Shown: piece after piece, positions 1-11,279 of the stretch
How the letters are laid out: every line of letters starts with the position of its first letter
Numbering within the stretch: position 1 is the stretch's first letter
DNA from: Octopus sinensis
Taxonomy: Eukaryota
DNA length: 36,453 nt
Direction of reading: 5' to 3'
Assembly (NCBI RefSeq): GCF_006345805.1
Contig: NW_021824693.1
Location: 1 to 36,453, forward strand
Translations under genes and position numbers: made by a program
Notes under the pieces: generated by a model
Database searches by the model: none
What the model was told of the DNA's origin: nothing
The model's input: the letters and a program-made list of their open reading frames with translations, nothing else

Positions 1-20
1 AATAAAGATGAGAGAGGGAA

Positions 21-54
<34 letters not shown>

Positions 55-419
55 CAAGAACCACGTTGGGTTCAGACATGACCAGGCATTTATGTTTAGT
101 GTGTTATCTATATATATATGTATTTATATTTGAGTAATTCTAGTGTCTTCACATGGAATACTTTACAAATCTTCATTGTTTATCTCTAGGTGGTATTTCA
201 AATATATCTTTCAGGTTATTCATTAATCGCTTTGTTAAATATTTTCATTCGTTGATGATCATAGATAGCCATGCTAAGTAATGCTCGCTTCCACTGTAGC
301 ATCGGAAATATATATTATAGAACAGGCGACATCTATAAATCAGTATTTAGGCTACAATAACGTCCGTCGCTTATTTAACTTTTGGTCAATGGATCTGTAA
401 ACTTTTGCTGAGTTTTGGA

Positions 420-850
420 TGTGTTAACTGCTCTTTGAAACGAACAAGTCTGGAGAATTTAAATATCCATTGTCTGTTCTTCCTTTCAGAAGTGAATAAA
501 TATATATTAACGAATCTAAATTGCGGGTAATTATAGGCATGTAATTTACATAAATTCAAGATACAATGCTGGCAGATAATAAACTAGATAATACAGATAT
601 TCTACGTATTTACGAATAAGTAGTAGCTGACACCCTCGAACGCTGTTTCCAACATGACGGGGAAATACAGAGCAAATAAGAACGGTGCAAGAATACAGCC
701 ATCTTTGTCCCATTTGAAGCAGTGAATGAATCGGACATTTCTCCGCTAGATCTGACAGAAGCCGCCATCCTTTAACATTGAGCAGCTTTTCGGGAACACC
801 TAGCTTTCTAAGGACAGTATTTAGTCTATTGAAGGTAACCCTTCCGGCAA
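420..850 (-). mobile_element. Degenerate RTE-clade LINE reverse transcriptase fragment
   Basis: Minus-strand translation across frameshifts gives LRKLGVPEKLL, GEMSDSFTASNG, GCILAPFLFALYFPVMLETAF and RTDNG/IFKFSRL, in the order expected for RTE RT (..LRKLGxPEK..GExSxxF..GVKQGCVLAPxLF..RTDG.LFNLxRL). Confidence 0.7.
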
Positions 851-1039
851 CACACAAAAAGAAGTTACTTCTATGGTTGTCTATGGCTATTCGCCACTAA
901 CGCCACCAAATGTGAATGACATCTACGTTAAAGGCGCGAAATTGTAATGACCTTTTGGACGTTGTCCGATGACGAATAAAGTACGAATTTTGTTTGCTAT
1001 TTTTGTAAAATTTTCCGTTTGTGTTGTTTTGTTAAATTT

Positions 1040-1085
1040 TATATATATATATATAAGAGAGAGAGAGAGAGGGAGGAGAGAGAGA

Positions 1086-1122
<37 letters not shown>
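1040..1122. repeat. Compound (TA)n-(GA)n-(CA)n microsatellite
   Basis: Directly visible dinucleotide runs. Confidence 0.95.
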
Positions 1123-1125
<3 letters not shown>

Positions 1126-1485
1126 TAATCTTTGTGTCCTAATTAACATGCGTGTATTTAAGAAAATCGTAATATTGAAAATTGTCTTGAGAGAGAGCAT
1201 CTCGTGTAGTTATTTACTGATTAAAGCACAGAAGTATCAGTAGCAGACGAAAATTGTCCAGCACCGATGGTGGTACTGCTAGATCACGAGATTTCAAAGT
1301 GTTGCGCCTCATCAGCGCTGGATATCCACTATCACTTTTGTTATGAAACCTCGCTTCCTCTGATATACATAAAACAGTGACTAATCAAGCTTTGTTGTCA
1401 CAAAAGCTGGTTGGCCGATTAAAGATTAGAGATTATCGACAGAGGCAGTATTATTTCCAAATAGCAACCTTTATATCTTACTCAC

Positions 1486-1628
1486 CGTTGATATAAGAAC
1501 GCTGTAACACTGTGGTATTCCTCTTGAGACGGCATTTCGTATAGACGTTTAGTGCTTGAATGCTTGATTTATTGACATTATCTCCGGGACCAGAGAAGAT
1601 AGAACAATCGGTAGATGGTAAGTGGTAC
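1486..1628 (-). other. Candidate internal exon (unverified), possibly spliced to 1359-1216
   Basis: Branch-like GACTAAT (1657-1651), pyrimidine tract and AAG/TAG acceptor; one open frame YHLPSTDCSIFSGPGDNVNKSSIQALNVYTKCRLKRNTTVLQRSYIN; consensus donor ACG|GTGAGT at 1485; phase-compatible acceptor at 1360. No homology recognised. Confidence 0.25.
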
Positions 1629-1807
1629 CTACTTGAAATGAGAAGAGCGGATTAGTCAAGAATTAAGAACTGAGATAGACATTCCTTTGAAGAAAAGTCA
1701 GCTTGATTGTCTGCAGACAAGAGGGCACCTGTGGACAAGTCTTTCTCCTTCAATAGATGCCATCAGCACAGCTGTTTGCCTTATTTGTCTCCAGCAGAAT
1801 GAAACAG
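1560..1807 (+). other. Candidate two-exon coding start (1560-1617, 1757-1807), unverified
   Basis: ATG at 1560, donor ATG|GTAAGT at 1618, acceptor TCTTTCTCCTTCAATAG at 1756, donor CAG|GTAGAC at 1808; joined frame MLDLLTLSPGPEKIEQSVDDAISTAVCLICLQQNET. No homology recognised. Confidence 0.2.
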
Positions 1808-2029
1808 GTAGACACGGTATAAAAAATCATACAACACACTGATGGCATAATTGACACAAATGAAGTTAAGATGAGCAAGGAGAAATAAATCGACAAAAGC
1901 TAGAGTCACGTAGTTGAACAACAAAGTTGAATAAGAATTTTTAGTATACACGCAAATAAACATATACATGCACACGCATTAGCATATATATGTTATCACA
2001 CGCGCATGTGTGTGAATATCTATCCATCC

Positions 2030-2037
2030 ATCTAACA

Positions 2038-2078
<41 letters not shown>

Positions 2079-2279
2079 ACTATCTTACTTTCTTTCTATC
2101 TATCTATCTATCTATTTGTCTGTCTACCAATCATCTGTGCGTATATACATATGTATGTTTGTGCGTGTGTGTATATGTGTCTGTATATACATCCGCGCAC
2201 ACATTCACACCGATATAGTATATCTACTATGGATGTAGGTATGTAATTATGTATGTATGTGTGTATGTGTGTATATGTG

Positions 2280-2311
<32 letters not shown>

Positions 2312-2335
2312 TGTATGTATGTATGTATGTATAGC
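2030..2335. repeat. (CTAT)n and (ATGT)n tetranucleotide microsatellites
   Basis: Directly visible runs. Confidence 0.95.
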
Positions 2336-3643
2336 CAGTCGGATTGAGCCCAGCTAAGTTGTAACCGTTAGCTCTCTGTGTCAAGCATTCAACTGCTTTA
2401 TCAACTCAATAAAATTCTTATTCTAGCTCTACAACAAAACTGCATTAAGCTCTCTAGTTCTAAGTAGTAGTACTTGAAGCATGTAATCTTAGCCACAGTT
2501 TTATATACATGTAATTTGGTTGTGTCTGACAATACTGTTTTGAACAAAACTGTCATCCTTTTTTACATATCCCGAATAACTTAAATAGTTGGCTAGAATG
2601 TTTTATCAGTCTAGTAATGCATTGATGCCCATATTTCTAGCAGAAGTAGTGAACTATACAAAACCGTGCATTGACAGAAACGACAACGTACTGAATTTAA
2701 TGCCTTGATGCATTTAGTTATGTTCTTTAACGTTTTAAATTCAAATACCACAAAGCTTGTCTTAACTATACATTTTTCCTGATTGTCAGTCTCAAGCAAC
2801 AATTGTTTGTTAACATCTTTGCGGCTGTTATCTTTGCAGTTAGTTGTTCAAGTTTTGCATATGTCAACACAGTTTTATGACAAGAGAATTATTTTCTTTA
2901 TGTCATTGCAATACTCCAAAACTGCTCGTTGCACTCACTAAACAATTGCATTAGTTCCCAGCTGACAGGAACACGTCAAACATGTTCATGACAAAGATAC
3001 GTGTTGTTATTACTTACTCAACGTGAACAGCCATATTTTTTTGAGCTGTTTCTTCTAGATTTACTGCTAGCATTACAAACGTTCATATCTACTTACACAC
3101 ACTTGTGCTCGCGCGCACACACACATATGCACTCATATACACCTGTATATACGCATGATACGCATGCATATGCTGTACGCAAAAATCTACAGATATATGT
3201 AAATGTTCATGCATATACACGGTGATCACTCTCAGACCTTCAGCCGAAGGGTGTTGTTGAAGAATAAGGTTGAAAATTTCATGTAAGTTTTTCCGATCAC
3301 ATTTATTCCTGGCCTCTAATTCGATATTCTCTGCGAGAGCTGTATGATAACCATATTTTAAGCTACTTAACCTAACTGCCTAATATGATATGATCTATCT
3401 AACTATCTATCTATCTGTCCATACACGCACGCACACACACACATAAATATATAAACGAGGCTGTGTCTTCCAAAATGGAGGCAATCACCTTTCTCCATGT
3501 GACCAGCTTGAAAAATTGTTACGACACTAGGCTATTTTCCTACTTTCCTTAACATGAAGCCAATGTTAGCCTTCATTCACAAATAAAGAACTTATATCCA
3601 CCAATAAGGTATTGAGAACTCATTTTTATCGTTCAATATTTAC

Positions 3644-3679
<36 letters not shown>

Positions 3680-3719
3680 ATATATATATATATATATATA
3701 TATTCTTTTATTATCATAT

Positions 3720-3840
3720 TTATTTCAGTCATTTAACTGCAGCCAAATCCACTCGCAAGTCTTTGGTCGGCCTGTTTGCTATAGTACAAGACACTTGCCC
3801 AAGGTGTCACCCAATGGGACTGAACCCGGAACTATGTGAT
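3720..3840 (-). mobile_element. Internally deleted copy of composite SINE family A/B
   Basis: Matches the GACACTTGCCCAAGGTGTCAC..GGGACTGAACC head of 21922-22090 joined directly to the tail motif CAGTCATTTAACTGCAGCC; flanked by (TA)n. Confidence 0.75.
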
Positions 3841-4481
3841 ATCAATGTGTGCAGTTACGAATTGTCTCTAAGTAATAAGCTGTTTTTAAAAGTTTCTGCT
3901 CTTATCATAAAAACAATATCTAACAGAAATAAAGTAACAGTAAATTCAATTCAACTAACGTCGATTAATATTTCTACGTTGATCACGAAATTTAAAACAC
4001 TTTCCACAATCTATAAAGCTCTTTAATGCATTTCAATCTTCTCTTCTTTAAATTTTTGTTGTCTGTATACTTTGATGACTTGAAGGAATGTTCTTTATAA
4101 TTCCTCCATATACTATAAAGTTGGTTTGATATTACATTTCAGGTGTTTTTTTTTTCTTGCTAACCATTTTTAATTATCTCTAAAATCTGTGTTTTCGATT
4201 TCAAAGTCAAAATATTTTCTCTGAAATCATAAACACAGTTCGTAAAAGAGATAAAATAACTGTAAATATCATTACGAATTTTGAATTGAAAGTAAACGAG
4301 GCGAAATATGTTTATAACGGATATTGAACCCAAACTGTAGAGCTGTTTGAATACTGTCTCTTTTTTGGAAAACAGGGGCTCAGGAACCATAGATTCTAGA
4401 AGCCCTCTTTTAAGCCTGATCACTATCCGCTCAGATTGAGGCTGCAATCGCAGTTTTTACTTTTATTATAACAATGAAATA

Positions 4482-4691
4482 CGGCGAACCGGCAGAATTG
4501 TTAACGTGCTGGTAAAATCGTCTAGAGACATTTCTTCCGACTTTACGTTCTGAGTTCAAATCCCACCGTGGTCGACTTTGCCTTTCATCCTTTCGGGGTC
4601 GATAAAATAAGTGCCAGTTGAACACTGGAGCGATGGAGTTAACTTCCCCTACTCCGAAATTGCTGGCCATTTGCCAAAATTTGAAACCAAT
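4482..4691 (+). mobile_element. tRNA-derived SINE, family C
   Basis: B-box GAGTTCAAATC followed by GGTCGACTTTGCCTTTCATCCTTTCGGGGTCGATAAA, shared with 32715-32927. Confidence 0.85.
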
Positions 4692-7249
4692 ATGATAATA
4701 AAATGTGAGCTTAATGATCAATATATGCTGAAATTTAATTAAGTTTGTCAAGTTCGGCATATACTAGGCTTCCCTTGTCCATTACTGGATTGATTCTTCT
4801 TCACTAAGGCTAGAGTTTAAAGTTAGGCTTTTACATTTCATTTGGTATCAAAAGGAAAAGTTTCATATGATTTAAAATTTATAGTTTCATTCTACAAAGT
4901 TTGGTACCCGACTCAAACTTATATTCAAATAGAGCCGTAATCGAAAGCATTTTCAGAGATAATAGAACTTGAACCTCATTATAAAATGTGAATTTCTATT
5001 TTATACAATGATCACTAATTTGGTGGAGAGATATATATGGTTGGTATTTCTTGAAAGTTAGATATATAAAGACATTGATATTAGAAAATTTTAACTTGCG
5101 CTGTCTTAAGACATGGACACACTGGACGATTGCCTGAGAGCTTCGTAGGACTAAGTGTGGTTTATGCTGCGGCTTGGTGTTAATAAATAATACTACAAAA
5201 ATAATACCAGGGATTTCACAGCTCTCGCAGTCCAGTTCTCATCTGCATACGCTTTGGGATAATCTCAAAAAATAAATACTATAGGGCCTAGGAAATTTAT
5301 TAGTCCGGGGGCCTCACAGTCCTCGGGGTCCTATGCTAACGAAAGGAGCTGGAATCCCGGTAAACAATACTTGAATACTCGAAATATACAAGTCAAGCTA
5401 AGGAAATTGTAGTTTAATATACGATGGATAGGTGGTTGCTAACAACATCAAAGCATTTATAAAATAGTTATATAGGAGTATAAAAATATGTACATAATTA
5501 AGCAGAAGAACCACTAGGAAAATCTATGCAGGACCTTCTCTCTTTTTATCCGTTATATTAGCTTATGGATTTTCAAAATATCTATCTATCTATGAGGAAT
5601 TATTATGAACTTTTACTTTTTATTTTCTTATTACCGCTCACACACACTCACACACACACGCACATTTACACACACATACATAATTTACTGTTCCGTTATG
5701 TTAAGATCAACAAAACAAGTACTCCATCTAATGAGAGATAAATATTATATTATACTTATATATCTATTTATTTATTTATTTATTAATCAATTAATTAATA
5801 TATCTACATATTTATTTATTTATTTATATTTACTTCTGCTTAAATGCTTTGAGACTATTAACAGCCGCTTGTTCAGCGTTACTTTAGTATGTATTTATCT
5901 TTACATTTTTCATTTAGTTACTGTTTTACATTTCCTAAAGAGAAGTAATTCAGAAATGTTTAAATCCCATAAGCTTATCTCAAAACGTAGAAATCATAAT
6001 GTTGTTTCCATATTCTTTTTTTGTCCTTTTTGTCCTTCCATATTCTTTTTATGTCGTTTTTAGCCAGCTTAGATTGAACACTTTTGTAAATCTAAGACTA
6101 CATTGTTTAATGCATAGTTTCCTCTCCTTTGACTGTGGGGTGTAGTTTTGAGGTATATTTAGCTGCTATTTTTAATAGGTCGATAAGTTGGTTGCATTAC
6201 CATGTCAAGGCTGCATTCTTAGCTCTTAGAAATCAGGTTTGATATTTTCCTTCATCTTTTAAAATCATTTTATTTTTATTTATTTTTTATTATTTATTTT
6301 TTTCTTCAGATAATCCGCCATGTTCTACATACACATCAGTAGACGTACATCTCACATTTGAGAAATTGTGTTTGAAATGTGAAGAATAAATGGAATATGG
6401 GGTATTATCTAGGGGAAAACATCGTAGAAAACATTGCAAAAAATTAAAAAAATAGCAATTCAAGAGAAAGATGAAAAAAAATTAATTGAATTTTTACTGT
6501 GCAAAAGGGTTGTCACTTGTCTTTTAGCGTCGAATATGCTTGAAGACAACTGTTATGCTCTAACTTGAGAACTGTTGCATACTGCTTTGAAAATGCTATA
6601 CTCGAATGGTGCACAAGGTGGAATCACTGCGCGAATGTTTATGTGTATGTGTATGGGAGGAGCGTGTGAGTATATTCATGTGTATATGTATGAAGGGAAA
6701 GTCTGCGAGAGACGAGAGCAAATGAATGAACCTAAGCGTATGAATACGTATGGGTGTGCGTGCATGTGTATGAAGGAAAATGAGATGTGTGTGGTGGGGG
6801 AAAGGCGTAAATTGCAAGTGAGAGAGGGAAAGCGAAGGAAAGAGGCGGGAGAAAGATGGAGAAAGATACAGGATACGAGAAGGAGAATGACAGCGAAGGA
6901 GAGCATTTTAGAAGAAGATTTTTGCTTTGATCTCGGGCAGAGAGATTTTTACTTGTGACTTGCTGTAATGAACAGTAGGGGAACACGAAAGCTATGGAGA
7001 AATGGTGAAAACATTTCCTTTAATGACAGCAATTAAACAAGCCGACAACCACCACCATCACCACCACCACCAAAACTGACATTACCACCAACATTGTTTT
7101 TATTGTTAGTTTTATTGTTTTCTTGTTGTGTGTTGTTACTCTGTTATTGTTATTAGCGAAAATAATTTTAACTTAGGAGGAATGAAAAATGATATACAAC
7201 ATACCACCATATAAAATCATGCATAGACCCTTCAGCCTGTGTGAAGTCA

Positions 7250-7293
7250 GTGACGAAATACGCATGCCCATTATATATATATGTATGTGTGTT

Positions 7294-7330
<37 letters not shown>

Positions 7331-7359
7331 GTGTGTGTGTGTGTGTGTGTGCGTGCGTG

Positions 7360-7397
<38 letters not shown>

Positions 7398-7530
7398 GCA
7401 TATATGTTTACACACACGCAATCACACACACATATATATACGAGGAAGAAGATATAGATAGATACAAATATATGGTCATATGAGTATATATGCGCACGTG
7501 CGTATGTATGTATGCATGTATATATATATA
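7250..7530. repeat. Compound (TA)n/(TG)n microsatellite
   Basis: Directly visible; the source of several spurious ORFs. Confidence 0.95.
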
Positions 7531-7907
7531 TACTACTGTATGTAACCAAGCAACAAGCACCCTTCATGCAAAGCTTTCTACTGCGTTATGCTTCTATCTT
7601 TCTATTTAAGATCTGTAACGTATTGTGGACGACCCCACTCTCATTACAACAGCATCTTGAAAAAAGATAACTATTTATTGGAATGAACTCTATGCTGTGC
7701 AAAGTAAATTGTATATATTGTTATATAGCTCTACACTACGAGTTCAAATCTTGCCGATGCCAATTTTCAATTCTGCAGTTTTAAACAACAGCGATTGTTG
7801 TTGTTTTCTTGCCGCTTCATTGACCAAAATTAAATGATTAATGGTATTCCACCTGTGACCATCTTACCTGTAAGTCTAGGATTACCAATCTATTATATCT
7901 CATATGG

Positions 7908-8180
7908 CCACGGGCATATGGCGTAGTGGTTAAGAGCGCAGGCTGCTAACCACAAGATTCCGAGTTCGATTCCAAGCAGTGGCCATAACAACAACAACAA
8001 CGACGACGACGACGACGACAAATACCTCAGGAATGAGAAACCAGGTTCGAAATTTCCCCAAGACACCTTAAGAAGGCTGGAGGATATATCGGCCGAAACG
8101 TTGTGTTAACATCAAACAAGATGAAGACAAATATCCATCGAATGTAAATAATGTACTTAATTCCTCATCTCTTAAATATA
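7908..8180 (+). mobile_element. tRNA-headed SINE-like element with a hammerhead-like motif (family E)
   Basis: A-box TGGCGTAGTGG, B-box GAGTTCGATTCC, (AAC)n(GAC)n linker, then GACAC-CTTAAGA-A-GGCTG..CGGCC-GAAAC-GTT-GTGTT at 8062-8107. Confidence 0.7.
8062..8107 (+). ncRNA. Minimal type-I hammerhead-ribozyme-like fold, core G5U variant
   Basis: Stem I GACAC/GTGTT, core CTTAAGA (canonical CUGANGA), stem II GGCTG/CGGCC, GAAAC, palindromic AACGTT, NUH = GUU. Confidence 0.65.
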
Positions 8181-8259
8181 GAATTCCTATATCTTGTTGC
8201 TGCTATTTTTAGTAGATTAATGACCATTTAACGTAATCTTCATTGGCTTATAGAGTTAC

Positions 8260-8558
8260 CAGACGTGATTTCTGTGGCAATTTCCTTGCATGAGCTCTTG
8301 CCATATGTTCTTCCAAGGGCACAATCAGATTAAAGGAGTTGAGGCAAAATGGATGGTAATTTTGTTTAAGACAAGTTTGGAGCTCAAAAGACTGAGCGTG
8401 TTAACAGGAAATTTGTGTAAATGAAGACTCAGCTGTAATAGCAGATCTAATCTTTCAGTCAGTGAGTGATTTTAAAAACCTGCGAGGAAGGAACGGAACA
8501 AACGAATGTAAGCTTCAGATTTTGAAGTGACACCGGCAGGAAGTAATAACAGGCTTAC
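8260..8558 (-). other. Candidate 79-nt 5'UTR intron (8558-8480) plus first coding exon (8479-8260)
   Basis: Donor AAA|GTAAGC, strong tract TTCGTTTGTTCCGTTCCTTCCTCGCAG, no upstream ATG in ~175 nt, ATG at 8304 giving MARAHARKLPQKSRL, then CTG|GTAACT. No homology recognised. Confidence 0.3.
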
Positions 8559-9666
8559 TTTCCCCGTTGTTTGTGAACCAGAAGGACATAGAATAGCATA
8601 AAAGATGATCTGGTTGTATAACCATTTTGAAAATGTGATATCAATGAATAGTTAAATTGATAATAAGGATGACAATTTATTGTTTCAATCAAATATTGTA
8701 GCCTTAAACTGTTTCAAAGAATTCCTGTTATGGGGAATCAGATTTCAAGTTTTGAGCGTAATGATTTACATATTCTGTACACGATAAGTTTTTACAATTT
8801 GCAAACAATGATAAAATCAGCTTTAAAAGTCTGCTGTTTTTATTTTTTCAACATTTATTGTTCCTTGTTGCTATGCTATTTACTGAAGCACAAGTTTCTC
8901 CTAGAATATTTTGTTATTTTTCCCTCTTCTTTGCTGTGTACTAATATTTAAAAGTATGTTTGCTTGCTTTCTCTGTATATACTGTAACAATAGAAACTCA
9001 TTCTCATATACTTTGTTGCTTGGATTGTACCAATTTTTCCCGATATATTAACTTTGTTTGCGAGTACCTGCATTCACTAATACCAATCAACCGTATTTCT
9101 TTTTATCTAGAATAAATACGATTTATTTTTCTTCCTTAGGTTAGTATAATGCAAATGTATATGATTTTGTACTTGATACCAGTCAACATTACATTTGCAA
9201 GCACAAAATAATGTTCTTCTCACAAAACTACTTCGAAACTGCTTTCACTAAATGTATGATGGACCATACGGATTTTTTGTTTCCTTTCGTTTTGTTTTCT
9301 TCTGCTACAAAATATCCTAATAATTAGGAGCGCGTCCGTGCCTACGGCGCATCTCATATTTTGGCGAATACATCTCATATGTGTTTGTGTGTGTATATTC
9401 ATGCATGGATCTTATACACACACACATACACACACACGCACTCACACACACATATATATGCATATATGTATACGTAGATAATCTTTTATATATATGCATC
9501 TATGGACAAACACACACATACATAGAAACTGATATATGTATGTATATATGTATGTATGTATGTATGTATGCATGTATTTATGTATGTATGCTTGTTTGTA
9601 TGTATGTGTGTATATCATGTTGGACTACTGAACTCTACACTGTTTTTTTCTCATTCCCTGTTTTTC

Positions 9667-9998
9667 ATTCTCTCTCCATTTTTTCCTCTTAATCCTTTCT
9701 GTCGAAGAGCGTAGGCTCGAAACGTAAAAGACTTTTCTATTTTTCCCGAGCGTTAAGCTAATACACCTGCTTGTTGTTCCAACACCGATCTTCGTCATTT
9801 GTTTTTCTGTAACTTTGAACTGTATATATATATATATATATATATATCGTTGAAATTTATAGAAAAACAAAAGACGAAAACAGGTGTATGAACAACAAGT
9901 AAGTGTATTTGTTTGATGCCCAGGAAAATGCAAAAATCTTTTACGTTTCGAACCTACGCTCTTCAACAGAAAGAAATAAGAGAAAATAAAGTGAGAGA
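9667..9998. mobile_element. Tail-to-tail inverted pair of short hammerhead-like elements (family F) around a (TA)n tract
   Basis: 9667-9820 and the reverse complement of 9850-9998 align over ~150 bp with many substitutions; a third copy lies at 12471-12622. Confidence 0.8.
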
Positions 9999-10041
9999 GA
10001 GAAAATGAAAAACACTTATAGATTTCAGCAGTTCAGCATGG

Positions 10042-10091
<50 letters not shown>

Positions 10092-10096
<5 letters not shown>

Positions 10097-10325
10097 AAAC
10101 AAGTCAAAAATAGAAAATGCTAAGATGATTTTATAGTGAATCTTCAGTACCGGTTTCGGTCATTTTGAGACCTTTTCAACTGTAACGATTAAATAATTAA
10201 ATTTAGAAAAATTTTGAAAAATTAGAAGAAAGGTTTTTTAAGGAATACTTCCATAGTAGTGTTCATATATTGGTGGCATTCTGCCTTTCTCTGACTCCCT
10301 TGTTTGCACTTGTGTATTCGAGGTC
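10092..10325 (-). mobile_element. Short repeat-like element between (TA)n tracts with a degenerate hammerhead-like motif
   Basis: Minus strand CAG-TTGAAAA-GGTC-tcaaaat-GACC-GAAAC-CG-GTA-CTG at 10183-10145; single copy in the window. Confidence 0.45.
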
Positions 10326-10335
10326 GTTGTGTATA

Positions 10336-10387
<52 letters not shown>

Positions 10388-10477
10388 TATATACATATAT
10401 ATATATTTACCATGTAAGCATATACATACATACATACATACATATATATATATGTGTGTGTGCGTGTGTCTGTATAA

Positions 10478-10514
<37 letters not shown>

Positions 10515-11279
10515 TGAGCGTGTGGCTTATTTTAATAGTGCCATAAGCAAATAGATCTTTAAATTATAATTCTTGATATATCAGGGAAAGATATATCTTA
10601 GAAGGTTGTAATTCCAAAGTATACACTGAAATAGCTGTGTATACCTGACTCTTTGCGGATCTTCGCAGGAAACATAAAAGATCACTTTTCTGTTATGAAT
10701 ATAGTGAGAATGTATAATATACTTTAACAATGGCATACTAACAAACAGACAAACAGACTTTTGTGCAAAATTAATGAATCACAATCATCAGGTGGACCCC
10801 TTATGAACTGAGTCATACTTTGCCAAACTGAAAATCGAAGTTACGGAAATTCTACGTGCAATACCTTTCGAGAAACATTATTATTCTTGGAGAAATGTTG
10901 TCATTATTTATAACTAATAGAGCAGATGCAGTAACTCACAATCGGGGATGGAAGAGTTTCTTCTCTGGTGAAGTTAAAGGTCAGTTTTGAAATTGAAATC
11001 AGTTTCGGCTAAATATTATGAGTGTATATGAAACGGAAATGAATGGATACAAATGGATGCAGAGGAAAGGAAATGGATAAAGTGAGGGAGGAGAAGAAAT
11101 GGAAGAGAGGTGGAGAGAGAGTTGTAGGAAGAGGGTGATAAAGGAACAAAAACATGAAATTGAGAGTTTGCTGTGAGGTGCAGTGGTAGGAAAGATATGA
11201 TACTATTTAGACCAGAATGTACTTCTGCCCATTTGAAACAAGGTATTAGTATTTCTGACATGGTACAGACGTATATTCC

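Noticed and set aside
2600-3060. Possible decayed transposase or zinc-finger fragment on the minus strand
   Set aside because: Complex sequence, but I could not recover a convincing motif in any frame.
4160-4447. 95-aa minus-strand ORF
   Set aside because: No motif or splice support; consistent with a chance ORF.
6311-6390. Candidate plus-strand terminal exon DNPPCSTYTSVDVHLTFEKLCLKCEE*
   Set aside because: Good acceptor and compatible phase, but no homology or other support; chance is likely in AT-rich DNA.
7910-7982. Functional tRNA-Ser gene
   Set aside because: Acceptor and anticodon stems do not pair properly and the head runs into a repeat body; better read as a SINE head.
10920-10980. 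Candidate exon ADAVTHNRGWKSFFSGEVK ending at AAG|GTCAGT
   Set aside because: Weak acceptor and no recognisable protein.
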